DNA of 64,000 nt, taken from positions 25,730,001 through 25,794,000 of the forward strand of contig NC_043016.1 of the NCBI RefSeq assembly GCF_006345805.1, given 5' to 3'. This DNA comes from Octopus sinensis (lineage: Eukaryota). A program made the translations under genes and the position numbers. Of this stretch, positions 48,463-62,898 are shown in pieces. A model generated the notes under the pieces. The model was not told the DNA's origin and made no database searches. It saw nothing but the letters and a program-made list of their open reading frames with translations. Position 1 is the first letter of the stretch, and each line of letters begins with the position of its first letter.

Positions 48463-49326
48463 CTTTGGAGAGAAACGTGTGTGTGGTTGTGTGTAAAATG
48501 AGCAAGCTGTACAGACCAATCCAGTATACATCTTCAATTTATTTTTACTATTTAAAACCTTTGACATAAGTAAAAAGAAAAAAATTCACCATTAAACACA
48601 CACATACAAACAAACAATTTTCTTTCATGTTTTTTTTTATATATATATAACTTTATTGTTAAACTTTTTATTTATGCTGTTGTTAGATTCTGTTGCTCAG
48701 ACGCTATCTTCTCCAATCTGCTCAACTAATTCCTTGCCATTATTTTCAGTTGCTTTTTTTTTTTGTCTATGCTCTTGTTTTTATTGTCATTTTTATGGTG
48801 TTTTCTGTATTTTCAAACATTCATTATTTATATTCAATAAATATACTTCCTTTCGTTACTAATAATATGATAATAATCATAGAAGTAGTAGAAGTAATAA
48901 TAATTAGAGTAGTAATAGTACTAATTATGATTATGAAGTTAATGATAGCAGTAAGGAAGGCTACTCATTAGTGAAGGCAGTGGGATTATTATTATTATCA
49001 TTAGTAGTAGTAGTAGCAGTAGCAACAGCAGTAGTAACATTTGATGTAAAAATATATTTAAGTATTTAACCTAATAAGTATTAATAATAATAATGATGAT
49101 GATTATGATGATGTTTAATATTACTAAAACAAATCACATTTGTTATTAAGCAATAACTGAAATTACAAAAATATTTATGATGGCAAAAATTTAATAGTAA
49201 TTTTCAAAGTTAATATTTCTTTCTTTTTCTTTTTTTGCCTCCCCCATTAGTATGCTTATCTTTAGCATGACTTCTTCATCTGGCATCCTTGTGAAGATTA
49301 AATGAAATAATAATTAATAGTAGCAA

Positions 49327-49945
49327 GGCAATGAGCTGGCAGAATCGTTAGCACGCCGGGTGAAATGCTTAGTAGTATTTCGCCTGTCACTATGTTCTGA
49401 GTTCAAATTCCACTGAGGATGATTTTGCTTTTCATCCTTTTGGGGCCGATGAAATAAGTACCAGTTAAGTGCTGGGGTCAATGTAATCAACTGCCCACCC
49501 CGACCTCAAAATTTCAGGCCTTGTGCCTATACTAGAAAGGATTATTATTATTATTATTACATCATCTTAGTGATTGTTACTAATGGTATACTAATAAATG
49601 CCATGAAAAAAATTGAAACAAGATTCAGAACTTACAAAGAGAAGAATAATATGAAAATATGAATAGTTGAAGTTAACAGATAAAAGAGGATATTGAGTAA
49701 ATTTGGTTGTTAATGTTATGAATCATTTTAAAGTCAGTGAGCTGGCAGAGCCATTAGCATGCTGGGCAAAGTGCTTAGTGGCATTTCGTCTGTCTTTGTG
49801 TTCTGAGTTCAAATTCTAACAGGGTCAACTTTGCTTTCATCCTTTCAGGATCAAGAAAATAAGTATGAATTGAATATTGCAGTCGATGTAATCAACTTAC
49901 ACCCTCCCCCGAAATTGCTGGCTGTGTACCAAAATTTGAAAGCAA
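49327..49945 (+). mobile_element. Two SINE family B copies (49327-49545, 49735-49945)
   Basis: gagctggcaga head, ctgagttcaaattc and ttgctttcatcc motifs. Confidence 0.85.
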
Positions 49946-50627
49946 TATTGCAATTTATTTCCCCAATAGAATTGCCAGTTTCCTCTTTATTTTTTCCTCA
50001 GTATTTTGTAGAATTTTACTAAATATTCTTTGTTAAAATGTTAAAAAAGAACCAGCAGTTTGTTGTCTTTTGAATATTGAGATATTTTTTTTGTTTTGTT
50101 TTGTTTTAGCTTCCTTATTCTCGATTATATGCAATTTAGTTCTAACTCTATTAGTTTCTTAGTTCGCATTCTACCAAAGTCATCTTGGCTTGCCTCTCAT
50201 CTTGTCGAGTCTATTTGAATATATATCAAATAAAATAGGTTTTGTGGATCCAGTCTGTTGCTCTTTACTCACAAATATTGTATCTGCATAGTAGACATGA
50301 AATTGTTCTCAATATTTGTTTCTGTTAGGTTACTTAGCTTGCTTTTTTTCCACATTTCTATTAAATCTAAAGATAATTAAGTTATATATTCAAAAATCTG
50401 TAAATAAATTGTATAAAAATGTAATAATGATAATAATACTGAGGTTAACAACTCATAAGATTTGATAATGTTCTCATTGGCAATTTCATACATTCTTTGA
50501 TTTCATGTAGTTTAACAACTGAAGTGTCTAAATGTATGTACATAGGGTTAATGAAGTTGAATACACTGCTCTTGAGTTTAACCTTGGTTTAATTAGTATC
50601 TATAAATTAATTACCAATGCTTATATA

Positions 50628-50695
<68 letters not shown>

Positions 50696-50989
50696 GTGTG
50701 TTTGTGCCGGTTCTATTGGCAAAATGTCTTTTATCAAAAGTTTTCCTTGTGTTTAGTACAAAGAATTCTGTAATAAATAGGTAATATAGCTGGTAATCTG
50801 TACATGAAATTCTACCACTTTGTATATGTGTATTTACATATTTTCATGTGGAATATTTTTGTGTAGATACATGTGTGTGTGTATAATTCATTCTTTAACA
50901 GTTGAGCTCAAAGTTGATAATGGTATAAGTAATGCATGTAAATCTCGAGTTAAAAAAATCGTTTGGATAAAAAAGAGTCAAACAATAAC

Positions 50990-51022
<33 letters not shown>

Positions 51023-52499
51023 TCATTTGAAATCAATAAAAAAAAATGGATACTCTATCACTATTGGATCCTCGCTTTTATATTAGCAAGGCATTAATTA
51101 CAGAGCATTTAAATTGCCTTTTGTTTATCAATTAACAAATGAGAATAAAAAATGTATAAACCTTATATAACCTCTAATAAAATATGGAAGATTTTAAGCA
51201 AAAAAAAAAAAAAGCTTATTCACATTGGAGAATTTTAGTTAACTTATCACAGTCCTGTGGAAGATGAAACTGAAATCCTACATAGATATTACATTCCAGA
51301 GATCTATTATATAGGAGGATTTGGGGTATTTTCTTAAACAAAATTTCTAATATATTCAAAATTTTCAAAATAGATTTTTAATAATGTATGTTTCTTAAAG
51401 AAAACTCTTTTTAATTCCTATTTTTTTAAAACCAAGTATCTCTTGCCATATGACTTAATTGCTTTTCTTTTGCATCTCCTTGATCAGTATCTGTTAGACA
51501 TAAATGCTGGGTGTTAATTTTAGTATGAAAATGGTTGACCATATGTCAACATTAAAAAAAATGGTCAGTAAAACTAACCTTACATTGCTCATGTTGGGCT
51601 TTGAATTTCTATGTTCTTTGTTCTATACTCCATCTCCGCCTAGCTTATTTTGTCTTTCATCAGACTCACCTGCTTCATATTTTTACAAAATCTTTTCATA
51701 TTCATATGCTTGCTATCATCAGTTAATCCTTACAATTTTTAAGAATTTTTTTTTAAAAAGCAAAATTTAAACCAAAGAATTTCTGTATGGTGTAAGGAAC
51801 CAATTTAATAATTTGGTGATAGTTGCCAGAAAACAATTTTTTTTCTTAAATTGAAAAAAAAAAAAAATTTTCTTCATAAAATCAAATTGAAATTAGGGCA
51901 GTAAAATTGGCAGAAAACATTAAGAACCAGACTAAATGTTTTACCATTTCTCATTCATTTCATTTCATCTCTCTTCATTCAGAGTTTAAATAATCACATA
52001 TGGGTCAAGCTATTGTTTCATCTTTCTGAGGTGATTCAATACAATAAAAACTAACTGTATGCTGAGGTCAATCAAATCAACTTTACATTTACCCCAATAA
52101 AATTTGGCTTTGTACCTAGTCAAAACACATACATACACACACACACATTCACAAGAAAACAAAATGGATGTCATATTAAGATCACTCGTTGCTAAAAATT
52201 GTCCATTATTTTCACCTGATTTATAATTTGTGATCAAAAGCTAGAATTGACTGGAGGATTGGGGTTTATTTTTCATATAAAGGATTTTTCTAAATATGTA
52301 ATAATATTTTTAAAAAATGATGATGATGATAGGTAATGAAAGTATTTGAAAGATGGTAATTTAAATAATGTTTTAAAATTTATCTTTGATTAACGCAAGA
52401 AAATAGACCATTTCATATACTAAAGAGAAAACTGTTTTAATTACAGCAGACAAGGAAAGAGACTAAACTTATTTTCAATTATTATTAAATTTTACAGTA

Positions 52500-53130
52500 T
52501 ATTCACGAATTGTCTTATGGTATTTGTTCTGCTGTTTTACGTTTTAAATTCAAATCCCTCCCAGGTCATCTTTTTTTTTCATCCTTACAGAGTCGATAAA
52601 ACAAAGTACCATTCATATTTCTGGCCTCGTGCCTATTTTGAAAATAATTATTATAATTATTGTCAGCATAACTGATGACAGGATTTATAGAAGATCAGGT
52701 GAAATGCTTTGTGGTATTTAATTAGAATCTGTTACAATCGGAGTTCAAATAGCACTAAACTCGGCTTTTCTCTTTGTCCTTCAATAGAGTATGTACCAGT
52801 TTATATACTGAGCTCAAAGTAATCAAATATATGTCTTTCCAGATTTTGTGGTGGCTCTGTACGTGTAATAGAAGTCAATGTCATCATCATTATTACTGTC
52901 ATCAGCACATGCAATGATGAGATGAACACAGTTATTAATTCTCAATTGTAAACATGTCATTTACAACAAACCTTCCTTATTGTAAAATTCTGAGTCTTTG
53001 TCGTTGTTGTTATTATTATAAAGGCCATGGATTGGCAGAATTGTCAAAGCATTGGACAAAATACCTTGTATTTCTGTGGCACTTTACATTCTAAGTTCAA
53101 AACCTGCTGAGGATTTACTTTCAACGTTCT
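52500..53130 (+). mobile_element. Three decayed SINE family B copies
   Basis: Recurrent ttcaaa...tcatcc/tcaac motifs. Confidence 0.6.
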
Positions 53131-53168
53131 GGGCATAGGTACAAACATACGTACATAAACAAATGCAC

Positions 53169-53169
<1 letters not shown>

Positions 53170-53221
<52 letters not shown>

Positions 53222-53621
53222 ATATATATATATATAAATATATATGTATGTGTATATATGTATATCTAATATATATATATATGTATGTGTATATATGTAT
53301 ATCTATATATATGTATGTGTATATATGTATATATATATGTATGTGTATATGTATATCTATAATATATGTATGTGTATATATGTATATATATATGTATGTG
53401 TATATATGTATATCTATATATATATGTATGTGTATATATGTATATCTGTATATATATGTATGTGTATATATGTATATCTGTATATATATGTATGTGTATA
53501 TATGTATATCTGTATATATATGTATGTTTGTTATATGTATCTGTATATATATGTATTGTATATATGTATATCTATATATATATGTATATCTATGTATATA
53601 TGTAAGTATATATATATATAT

Positions 53622-53653
<32 letters not shown>

Positions 53654-53695
53654 ATATATGTGGGTGAATATGTATATATATATATAAATATATAT
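53170..53695. repeat. Compound (TA)/(TG) array with a ~28-bp higher-order unit
   Basis: The tatatatgtatgtgtatatatgtatatct unit repeats. Confidence 0.95.
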
Positions 53696-53833
53696 ACTGA
53701 TATCCCGGTGCTAATATCAATCTTTCAAACTGCCTTTCTCTTCACATATCAGACGCATGCATACAAAATTGCATTTGTAACTTTACCAACTCTGTTGAGA
53801 GTTTGCCATTCCCAACATATGTGTGTGTATGTA

Positions 53834-53865
<32 letters not shown>

Positions 53866-54494
53866 CATACATACATACATATACACACACACACACCAAC
53901 CCATTTAGTAGGCACTGTATGTATGAATGGTTAAGATGTTCAATCCCAATGAATGTGATTTTCTATTACATTGGCTAGATAGGAACTGTATAGATACCTG
54001 TCTGATGGAATGTACCTGTAATTCAAATGGTCACAGCCTTGTTGCACACTATGTCCCACTCATTCTGCTTGAGAATTATGTTAAAAGTAGATGTTTCTGG
54101 AATGTTCAGTCCCATTTTCACATTAAATCAGGAGGAGGTTATTTATTTGATCAGGCAGATGAAGCTTCATTGTTGAGTAAGGGAGATCCACCACAACCAT
54201 ATATATATATATGTGTATATATGTTTGTGTATGTGTGTCTGTAATTTCACTTATAAACTTTGCAAGTATTCAGTTAGGATAGTCTTGCTTCGTCAGGGGA
54301 ATCTGTAGAAAGAATGAGAAGCAAAATTACTACCATTTTTATAATGTACAATGCCTGCTGGCCACCTACAATGGTTAGTGGAATCTGGTCTCTCTATGTA
54401 TAAATCATATCAGAGGAAAGAAATCGCACAAATGCAGCCAGAATTTTTCATAATTTAGAAAATTTAAGTTATACATGCATGTGTGTGGTGTGTA

Positions 54495-54540
<46 letters not shown>

Positions 54541-54548
<8 letters not shown>

Positions 54549-54783
54549 AATATGTTACATTACTCAATAGTCAAGATAAAACTCTGAGTTTCAGATGCCG
54601 AAGTGGGAATCCACGACATCTCTTTGGTTATCTAGCCAGCGTGGATTCCCACTTCGGCATCTGAAACTCAGAGTTTTATCTTGACTATTGAGTAATGTAA
54701 CATATTATTGTATAGATAAATTTCCTCTATTTACATAATATTGAGGTCTCTTTCTTTCTTTTGTTATCTTACCGTTTTACCAA
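54541..54783. mobile_element. Penelope-like terminal remnant with a perfect 75-bp inverted duplication
   Basis: Arms 54541-54615 and 54640-54714 are identical as reverse complements. The right arm continues ~70 bp further. A hammerhead-like fold lies on the minus strand at 54574-54633. It sits in (TA)n. Confidence 0.7.
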
Positions 54784-56589
54784 TATATATATAAATAAAT
54801 ATATACACACACAAAGAAACATATAACACAACTAGAAATCTGTGACCATACATTTTGGTTAGCATTTTATAGAGTTAACTACATACATTGCATTTCATTC
54901 TTTCTGCAGTCTGTATATTTGCATCTTTTTAGTTTCTATTAGTATCTAATATTATTGTTGCTCTCTGCTAGTATCAGCGTTGATTATTGTTCTTTTTTAC
55001 CCTCATGATGCTTCATTTAGTAGTAGGCAATTTGTAAGTCTTTGTTTTCTCTTCTTTCTTTAATATTAGTCCTTTTGTCTTTTGAGGTGTTTTTAAAGAT
55101 GAAAGTTCTTTCATAGTTAACCACGAATATATATATTTACACACACATGTAGCTGCTGACAAGGTGTACGGTGAAGAAGTCTGCTTTCTAATCACGTGGT
55201 TTTTAGATTCAGTCCCACTATGCAACACCTTTGTCTAATGTTTTCTGCTACAGTCAAGACCAGCTAAAAAAAAAACCTGAGTGCATATAGTTGAAATGGG
55301 GGTGGGGGCACCCATACACACACACACACACATATAAATGTGTGTGAATGTATATGTATATAGTCTGAATCAGTGTGGAATAAGTGATCCCTTGTTTGAA
55401 AAAAATGTAAGGATTCATGTCAGAAAGGGCATCCAATTATAAAAATAATTCCCCAATAATTTATTCATCTAACCCATGCTAACATGGAAAAACATAATAA
55501 CAAAACAACACATATGTATAAATAGATGTATATGCATATATATGCACACACATGCAGAGGAAAAGATCAAGGGGGCCAGAAATTGAAAGACATATTCTAC
55601 TCTACAGTTTATATAACTCTGTATGAGTTAAATTTAAATGTAGAAAAAATAGTCTTATTTCACAGATTTAATGTTTCAACAAAGAAACTCTACTTTCACT
55701 AATAACAAATTAGCAGAAGTGGAGTTTCTTTGCTAAAATATATCTGTAAAATAAAACTACATGCATGTTATTTTTACAAGGAGAAAGGTTGACAAAACTT
55801 TCAGTATACTAACTAGCCTACTACACTGAAACTTCAAAATAACTACCAAAATTCCTTTTAAAAATAATGTCAGTAAAAATAAACTAAATATGATACTCTA
55901 CTGTTGAAAGGTATTGAGTTCAATTTAATGTTGAATTGGTTTTTAATATTTATATATATATATATCTGTGTATATATATATATATCTGTGTGTATATATA
56001 TGTATATATACATGTGTGTATATATATATATATCTACATATATAATCTGTGTATATATGCATATATACATGTATGTGTGTATATACATGTATGTATATAT
56101 TATATATATATGTGTGTGTATATATGTATGTGTGTATAAACTTCTATGGCTTACTCTGAGTACTCCATTCTTTTCTTTATACATTATAGCATGTGTGTTA
56201 GCAACAAGCAAAATTCTTTGTTCCTTGAATCATTTGTGAGGTAGAAATAAAATATTCTCCTTTGGACAGCCACTTTATAAAATATTTTACATGTGCAACA
56301 CTGGAGGTAATTTCAAACAAAATCATAATTCCTCCTCTCATCCTGACCTCATCTCTAAAAACCTGTGATTTTGAGCTACACTAAATGTATTCATTATTTG
56401 ATAAAACATCAAATAAAATATTTATGTCCTGAGTTCAACTCCCTCCCTCTTCTCTAGTGTACCCCACTGTTTGCTTTTCCTTTCATTCTTCCCCTGCAAA
56501 TGATTATATAAGTACTAGCAAAGTATGAAAGATGGGTATTATAATCATCCATCTCCACTTCTGTTTCCCGTATTCCTATATTGGACATC

Positions 56590-57345
56590 TATCCAAATCG
56601 GTCAAGCATTGAACAAAAATGCATTATCGTATTTCAAACCCTGCTGAGGCCAGCCTATGCCTCATTATGGAGTCAATAAAACAAATTATCTGTTAAGTAC
56701 TGGAGTTGATGTAATTAGCTAACTCCTCTCTTCCAAATTTATATTGTTGTGCCCCTGGGTAAAAATTATTACTATTATTGTGTTATGTTCTCAAGTCAAA
56801 TCCCTCCAAGGTCAACTTTGCCTTTCATCCTTTCAGGCTTAATAAAATCTAACACCAGTCAAGTACAGGGGGCTGATGATATCATCTAACCCTCTTCTCC
56901 CAATTTTTGGTCTTGTGCCTGTTTGAAACAAGGACAGTGGACAAAACGTCTTGCAATATTTGGTTATGTTCTGAGTTCAAATCTCACTGAGGTCAGCTTT
57001 GCCTTTCATCCCTCCAGAGTCAATGAAATAAAGGACCAGTCAAATGCTAAGGTCTGTGTAATCAACTAATCCTCATCTCTCAAAATTGCTGGCCTTGTGC
57101 CAAAATCCAAAACTACTATTAAGGAAAGTGGGCTGGCAGAATTGGTAGAGCATTAGATAAAATGCTTTGTGGTAATTATTCCAATTCTTTTACATCTTGA
57201 ATTCTAATCCCACCAAAGTTGACTTTACTTTTCATCTTTTCAAGGTAGATAAGATAAGTACCACTTGGGTTGACAGTATCAACTAGTTAGCTCCTCCTTT
57301 CAAAACTGCTGGACTCAAGCCTAAATCAGAAACCATTATTATTAT
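56590..57345 (+). mobile_element. Tandem cluster of 4-5 decayed SINE family B copies
   Basis: Repeated ttcaaat...gtcarctttgcctttcatcc...agtacc...aaattgctggccttgtgcc units. Confidence 0.75.
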
Positions 57346-58038
57346 TTGACCATTCTGTGACAATCCCATACTGTTATCATTATCTTCTAGTGAGCTGAGG
57401 TAACTATATGGTTTTGATAACAAGTTGAATTTACATCCACTTCATTTCAACCATCATTGATAGACCTTGTGAAGGGCAAGAACATTTTTGCAATCTTGTT
57501 TTACCATTTCTTTTAAAATCTGAGGCCTTGTAACTTTGGGCAGACTAGCTGAAGATGAGTGTAATCTTACATTTGGCTCACAAGTACACATTTGCACACA
57601 CGAATGTACACTCACACATGTACACCTAAGTACATAAAATATACTTTCAGACATACATATTTTAAATAACAAATTTTTTTTTCTTAACTTTTGTAAATCA
57701 AGGAATTTAAATAACCAAAGTAACTCTTTGATTTGGATTCATCATTGAAATGTTTAGTCTGCTGGTTATCCGTTATTCTCTCATTAAAAAAAAAAATGTA
57801 CTTCCAGAGTTTAGTTTTACCAATATTTGGCTATTCTGAAGAAACCAGTCAGTTTCTTGGTGTGATATTTTTCATGCATGCAGTGTCACCATCTTGTCTA
57901 TTATAGTTTGTTTAACTTGTGCTGTTTACTGTTTTCATTTTAATGTCTCCAAAAAGAATGTTAATGCCTGTGAAAAATAATGCCATAACTATTTTTTTAA
58001 AAAAAGTCTGTGTTAATTTATATTTTCATCTAATTTAA

Positions 58039-58315
58039 CCCTTTTGATACCAACCTGCCTGCAACCACATCTGATTCTATGATACAAACTTCTCATTTTA
58101 AAGTGATCTATCTTAAAAACCTTCCATCAAAATGTCATGTTAATTTATGTTCCAAACACCAGCTTAATTAAGGACAAAGTTGTAATAACGAATTTATTGC
58201 ATACAGTGCTCAGTTGCACTACAAAGTTATTTTACTAAATTTAAATTCTTCATTATTTTCAATATCAATTGAAACAAAAGCAGTTAATTTCAGTAGAAAT
58301 ATGGTAACAAAAGGG
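58039..58315 (+). mobile_element. TTAA-flanked MITE family M2
   Basis: TTAA 58035-58038 CCCTTTTGATACCA ... TGGTAACAAAAGGG TTAA 58316-58319. Confidence 0.88.
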
Positions 58316-59472
58316 TTAACATATTATGAAATGTGTGTTTAGCTGTTTACACAGCTTTATATTTACTGCTGTCTACTATTAAATTGCATAACATCTGTTC
58401 ACTGCTGTTCATTGCTAATTTACATCCATCTGATCGCTTCTGTTCATTGTTAATTTACATCCTTCTGTTCACTTATTGTTTACGCCTGTCAGTTAACTCA
58501 TGTTCCAATCAGTTCATGCTTCTTTTTGTTAACTACTAATTGCTGATTACAAATTTACATATAATGTTCATTTATCCTTTGTTCACTGCTTATTGTTAAT
58601 TTACAGACACATTTTAATGAAATATTTGTATAATTGCTACAGTTGCAAAAAATATATATATATAGCAATTTTAATTTTTCACATTGTTAAAATAATTATT
58701 CCATTGGTATGGTGAAGAGACCTTATAGATTTAATCTCCACCAGTTATCTGGTGCTGTCTATGTCTGTTATTTCACATCCTCACCGATTCCAATGTTTAA
58801 AGGTGACCTACAATCACATTATAACTGCAAGCATGATAGTCTGCTACAGCTTTTTTTTTTTTTTTTTATGCTTAAAGCTTAAATTTCTGTGCCAAATAAT
58901 TTGAACAGAAAAGTTTTAGTTTGAGCTGTGTCTTGTTTTGTGAAGAACTTTAAAAGCAAAAACTAACAACAGAATCTCTTGAGATAATCAGCCAATTTCT
59001 CTGCTGAAAATTGATTGCTAAAGAATTCTAATTATTTTTGCCTAATCATTATTTTACTTCAGCATTCTGTAAACAATCAGTGTTGTTACCCCACCTCCAC
59101 CACCACCACCACCACCATCATTAATTAACAACAACGTAAATCAGGGAGGAGGGGGTGCCGTTTATTAGAAATTCTTTGGTCCTAAATGTTCCTATGACAG
59201 TTTTTTCATTCTTCAGTGTGTATGTTTTAAAAAGAAAAATTTCAAGGCACACATTTTAATACAAAAAAATACACATTTAAACACTGACACTGGCAAAGAT
59301 ACACACACACACACACACACACTTGACCAAATATAGCATGAAATGATTAATGTTAATGATGTAGGCTGTAACAGTTCATATTAATCTCTCTCTCCTTCTC
59401 TCTCACACACACACACACCACTTTCTCTTGCTGGTTTATTGTAACTCTTTTTGATCAATTTAATGTTTCTAT

Positions 59473-59691
59473 CCTTTTTAGCATTTAAACCATACGTGGT
59501 CCAAATATTCTACCTTGTTTAATAATTCCAAACTGGTCAGATCGACCTCTCATATGTTCCCTACAATGTCATTCTAAATTTAAACAATCACATCACCAAA
59601 ATCTCAAAGCTATTAGATAATGCATGATTAATTGAAAACAATGTGAACAAATAAGCATTACATTTAGCAGAATAATCTGAATGCGAAAGGG
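59473..59691 (-). mobile_element. MITE family M1
   Basis: Reverse complement of the M1 body, ending aatgcgaaaggg. Confidence 0.75.
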
Positions 59692-59713
59692 TTATTCAAG
59701 CTAGAGACAGTTT

Positions 59714-60080
59714 ATAGGCGTAGGAATAGCTGTGTGGTAAGTAGCTTGCTTACGAACCACATGGTTTCAGGTTCACTCCCACTGCATGGCACCTTGGGCA
59801 AGTGTCTTCTACTATAGCCTCGGGCCGACCAAAGCCTTGTGAGTGGATTTGGTAGACGGAAACTGAAAGAAGCTCGTCGTATATATGTATATATATATTT
59901 ATGTGTGTGTCTGTGTTTGTCCCCCCAGCATCGCTTGACATCCGATGCTGGTGTGTTTAAATCCCCGTAACTTAGCGGTTTGGCAAAAGAGACCGATAGA
60001 ATAAGTACTAGGCTTAAAAAGAATAAGTCCTGGGGTCGATTTGCTCGACTAAAGGCAATGACTGAAACAAGTAAAAGAGT
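59714..60080 (+). mobile_element. SINE family A, full length
   Basis: Complete copy. Confidence 0.92.
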
Positions 60081-60644
60081 AACTGTTTTACATAAATATC
60101 CATTCTCAACTTTTTATCCAATTACTTTCTTCAGTCATTTCTTCTCTTTTGTCACAAACATTTTCAATATGGGTTTAATGCTCATCTGATCCCCTTAGAG
60201 CAGTTGTAATTAATCAGTTGATACAGTGTGTGTGTCTTTGTAGTAAAGTTTTGTTGTCATGCATTACACTTCCCAGTTTTCATTCAGCTTATATGTAAAC
60301 ATACACACACACACCTCCATGCTGTTGGTACTCTGAGTTCAAAACCCCCTAAGAATCAATAAAATAGAGGTTCAGCTATGGGTTGACAGAACTGTAAGAA
60401 TATCAGACCAGGAGTGTTCTAATTTGTTTCCAGCACTTTCTGTTCTGAATTCAAATCCCACAGAGGGCCTACATAAGTGGTAGACTTAATCCATTGCCCA
60501 GTTTAATGCCACCACAAGACACTGTGAATGCCTTTGGAAGAGTCCACTCTGTTGTTGCAAGCATTCTGACCATGTCTCCTAGCAATTTTTGAGGCCCCGT
60601 AATAGATTATGAGCACCATCTCCTCTCCTGACTTAGCTTTAGGC

Positions 60645-60738
60645 ATAGCTATGGTTATGTGGTTAAGAAGCTCATTTAGCAGTCACATAATTTCAGGTTC
60701 AGTCCTACTGTGCAGCACCTTGAGCAAGTGTCTCCTAC

Positions 60739-60781
<43 letters not shown>

Positions 60782-61020
60782 CCCACAGGCTGACCCCTGC
60801 CTTGTGAGTAAATTTGGTAGGCAGGGGTTACTCCCTACCACTTGACAACCAGTGTTGATTTTTGTTTACATCCACCTAATTTAGTAGTTTGTCAAAAAAC
60901 ATTGATAGAATAAGTCTGGACATGAAAATAAGTCCAGTGGAGGGATGGGGACCAACTTAACCCTTCAAGGTTGATATCCCAGCATGGCCACGTTCTAATG
61001 ACTAGAACAAGTAAAAGATA
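60645..61020 (+). mobile_element. SINE family A, diverged, with (TA)n expanded from ctactatagcc
   Basis: ctactatatata...tatagccc at ~60736-60784. Confidence 0.75.
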
Positions 61021-61688
61021 AAACGTGTGGAGCAGTTACCAAGTTTTCAATAAATGTCCCACCTCTTTCACATTCAGTATATTGTTAGAAAAGAATTTAT
61101 ATTTTTTCCAAAATATTATTGCTGCAATCAATTGCATAATTAATTACATTAATTGGGAGATTTCAGACACCTGTATACTAATATAAATTCTATTTAGCAA
61201 TGTTGCTAAATTGTTTGGCTACCTGTTGCTTGCTTTTCATTATTGTAGTCTTAAATTTATACCCTGGGTATCTTAAATACTTATTCAGTGCAAGCATCTG
61301 TTACAATTTTCCCTTGCTAATACTGGATTTACTGATCACCTGACCACTTTTGAGCCAAACAGAGGATGTGCTGTATGGTCTGCTAGAAATAAGTCAAATT
61401 TCCTTTAGATTGCATTATCTCCTCTGTTTTAGAAAAGACCATGTTGATTCATCTGATTCTGGTTTCCAGGGCATATTGGAAAGGAAAACAAAATGCAGTG
61501 ATCATGGCTAGAATACCAGTGATCAAGATCTAAAGAACAACTTGACCTCTTTTACTCCAAGACTGTTATTGTTTTAGCTGTTTAAGAGAACCTTTTAATT
61601 AATTTAACTACACAGAACCAATTCATTAAAGAGATGGAATGGAGAGAGAGAGAGAGAGAGGAGCATAAAAAGGAAGAAAAAAAATATA

Positions 61689-61724
<36 letters not shown>

Positions 61725-62134
61725 CATACATACACAAAGTGTGTATTTATGTGTGTGTGGTATATGTGTACTTCATACATGCAAGGAAAACAACATGCTT
61801 CTCTTGATCCAAGCAGAAACCCTAATTTGACCACTCTTCTTAGAAAAGAAGGTCTATGTTGGATAGACACTATAGTCCTAGGTGGATGATGCCAAAGGAA
61901 AAAGATATTTCTTTCATGGCTGGAACACCTTTTGTTCATCATTCACAGCTGACCTGGTGCTAAAATAACAACAAGCTCTTCTAAAGGCATGTAAGTCCTC
62001 TAAAGATGTAAGCGACACCAAACTCAGTCCTCCTAATTTATAAGTTGACCCCTACCCTCCTTATCCTGTCTCAACTCATCAAACCAATTGACTGCTTCTT
62101 ATTTTATGTACCTTTATTAACTAAAGTACATTAG

Positions 62135-62345
62135 ATTGCTGACAGAATAATTACTGTGCTAGACAAAATACCTGGTGGCATTTATTCCAGTTCTTTATGT
62201 TCTGGGTTCAAATCCATTCAAGTTTGATTTTGCCTTTCATCCTTTCAAGGTCAGTAAATTAAGCACCAATACCAGTACTGGGGATCAACATAGTCAGCTT
62301 CAATTATCTCCTTAAAATGGCTGGCCTTGTGCCAAAATCTTAAAC

Positions 62346-62378
<33 letters not shown>

Positions 62379-62465
62379 CATTTTATTATCATTATTATCT
62401 ATTACTCCCTTAGCTGTTTTTAGCTGCATATCCTGATGTAGTCAACTTTGCCTTTCATTTATTTC
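62135..62465 (+). mobile_element. Decayed SINE family B copies
   Basis: Family B motifs with an (ATT)n tail. Confidence 0.65.
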
Positions 62466-62495
62466 TTTTGGCATGGAAGAAGTGATTAAGTAAAT

Positions 62496-62534
<39 letters not shown>

Positions 62535-62536
<2 letters not shown>

Positions 62537-62880
62537 GCACAGGAATGGCTGTGTGGTAAGTAGCTTGCTTACCAACCACATGGTTCCGGGTTCAGTCCCA
62601 CTGCGTTGCACCTTCTACTATTGCCTCAGGCAGACCAAAGCCTTGTTAATGGATATGGTAGATGGAAACTGAAAGAAACCCGTCATATGTGTGTGCGTGT
62701 GTTTGTATGTCTGTTTGTCCCCCCCCCCCCCCAACATCGCTTGACAACCGATGCTGGTGTTAAGAGACCGATAAAATAAGTACTAGGCTTACAAAGAATA
62801 AATGCTGGGGTCAATTTGCTCGACTAAAGGTAGTACTCCAGCATGGCCGCAGTCAGATGACTGAAACAAGTAAAGAGTAA
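62535..62880 (+). mobile_element. SINE family A with internal deletions
   Basis: Head, linker and tail are present. Confidence 0.88.
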
Positions 62881-62898
62881 TATATATATACATATATA

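Noticed and set aside
47244-48845. Sprouty polyadenylation site (AATAAA near 48835)
   Set aside because: AATAAA and AU-rich motifs are too frequent in this AT-rich DNA to assign without transcript data.
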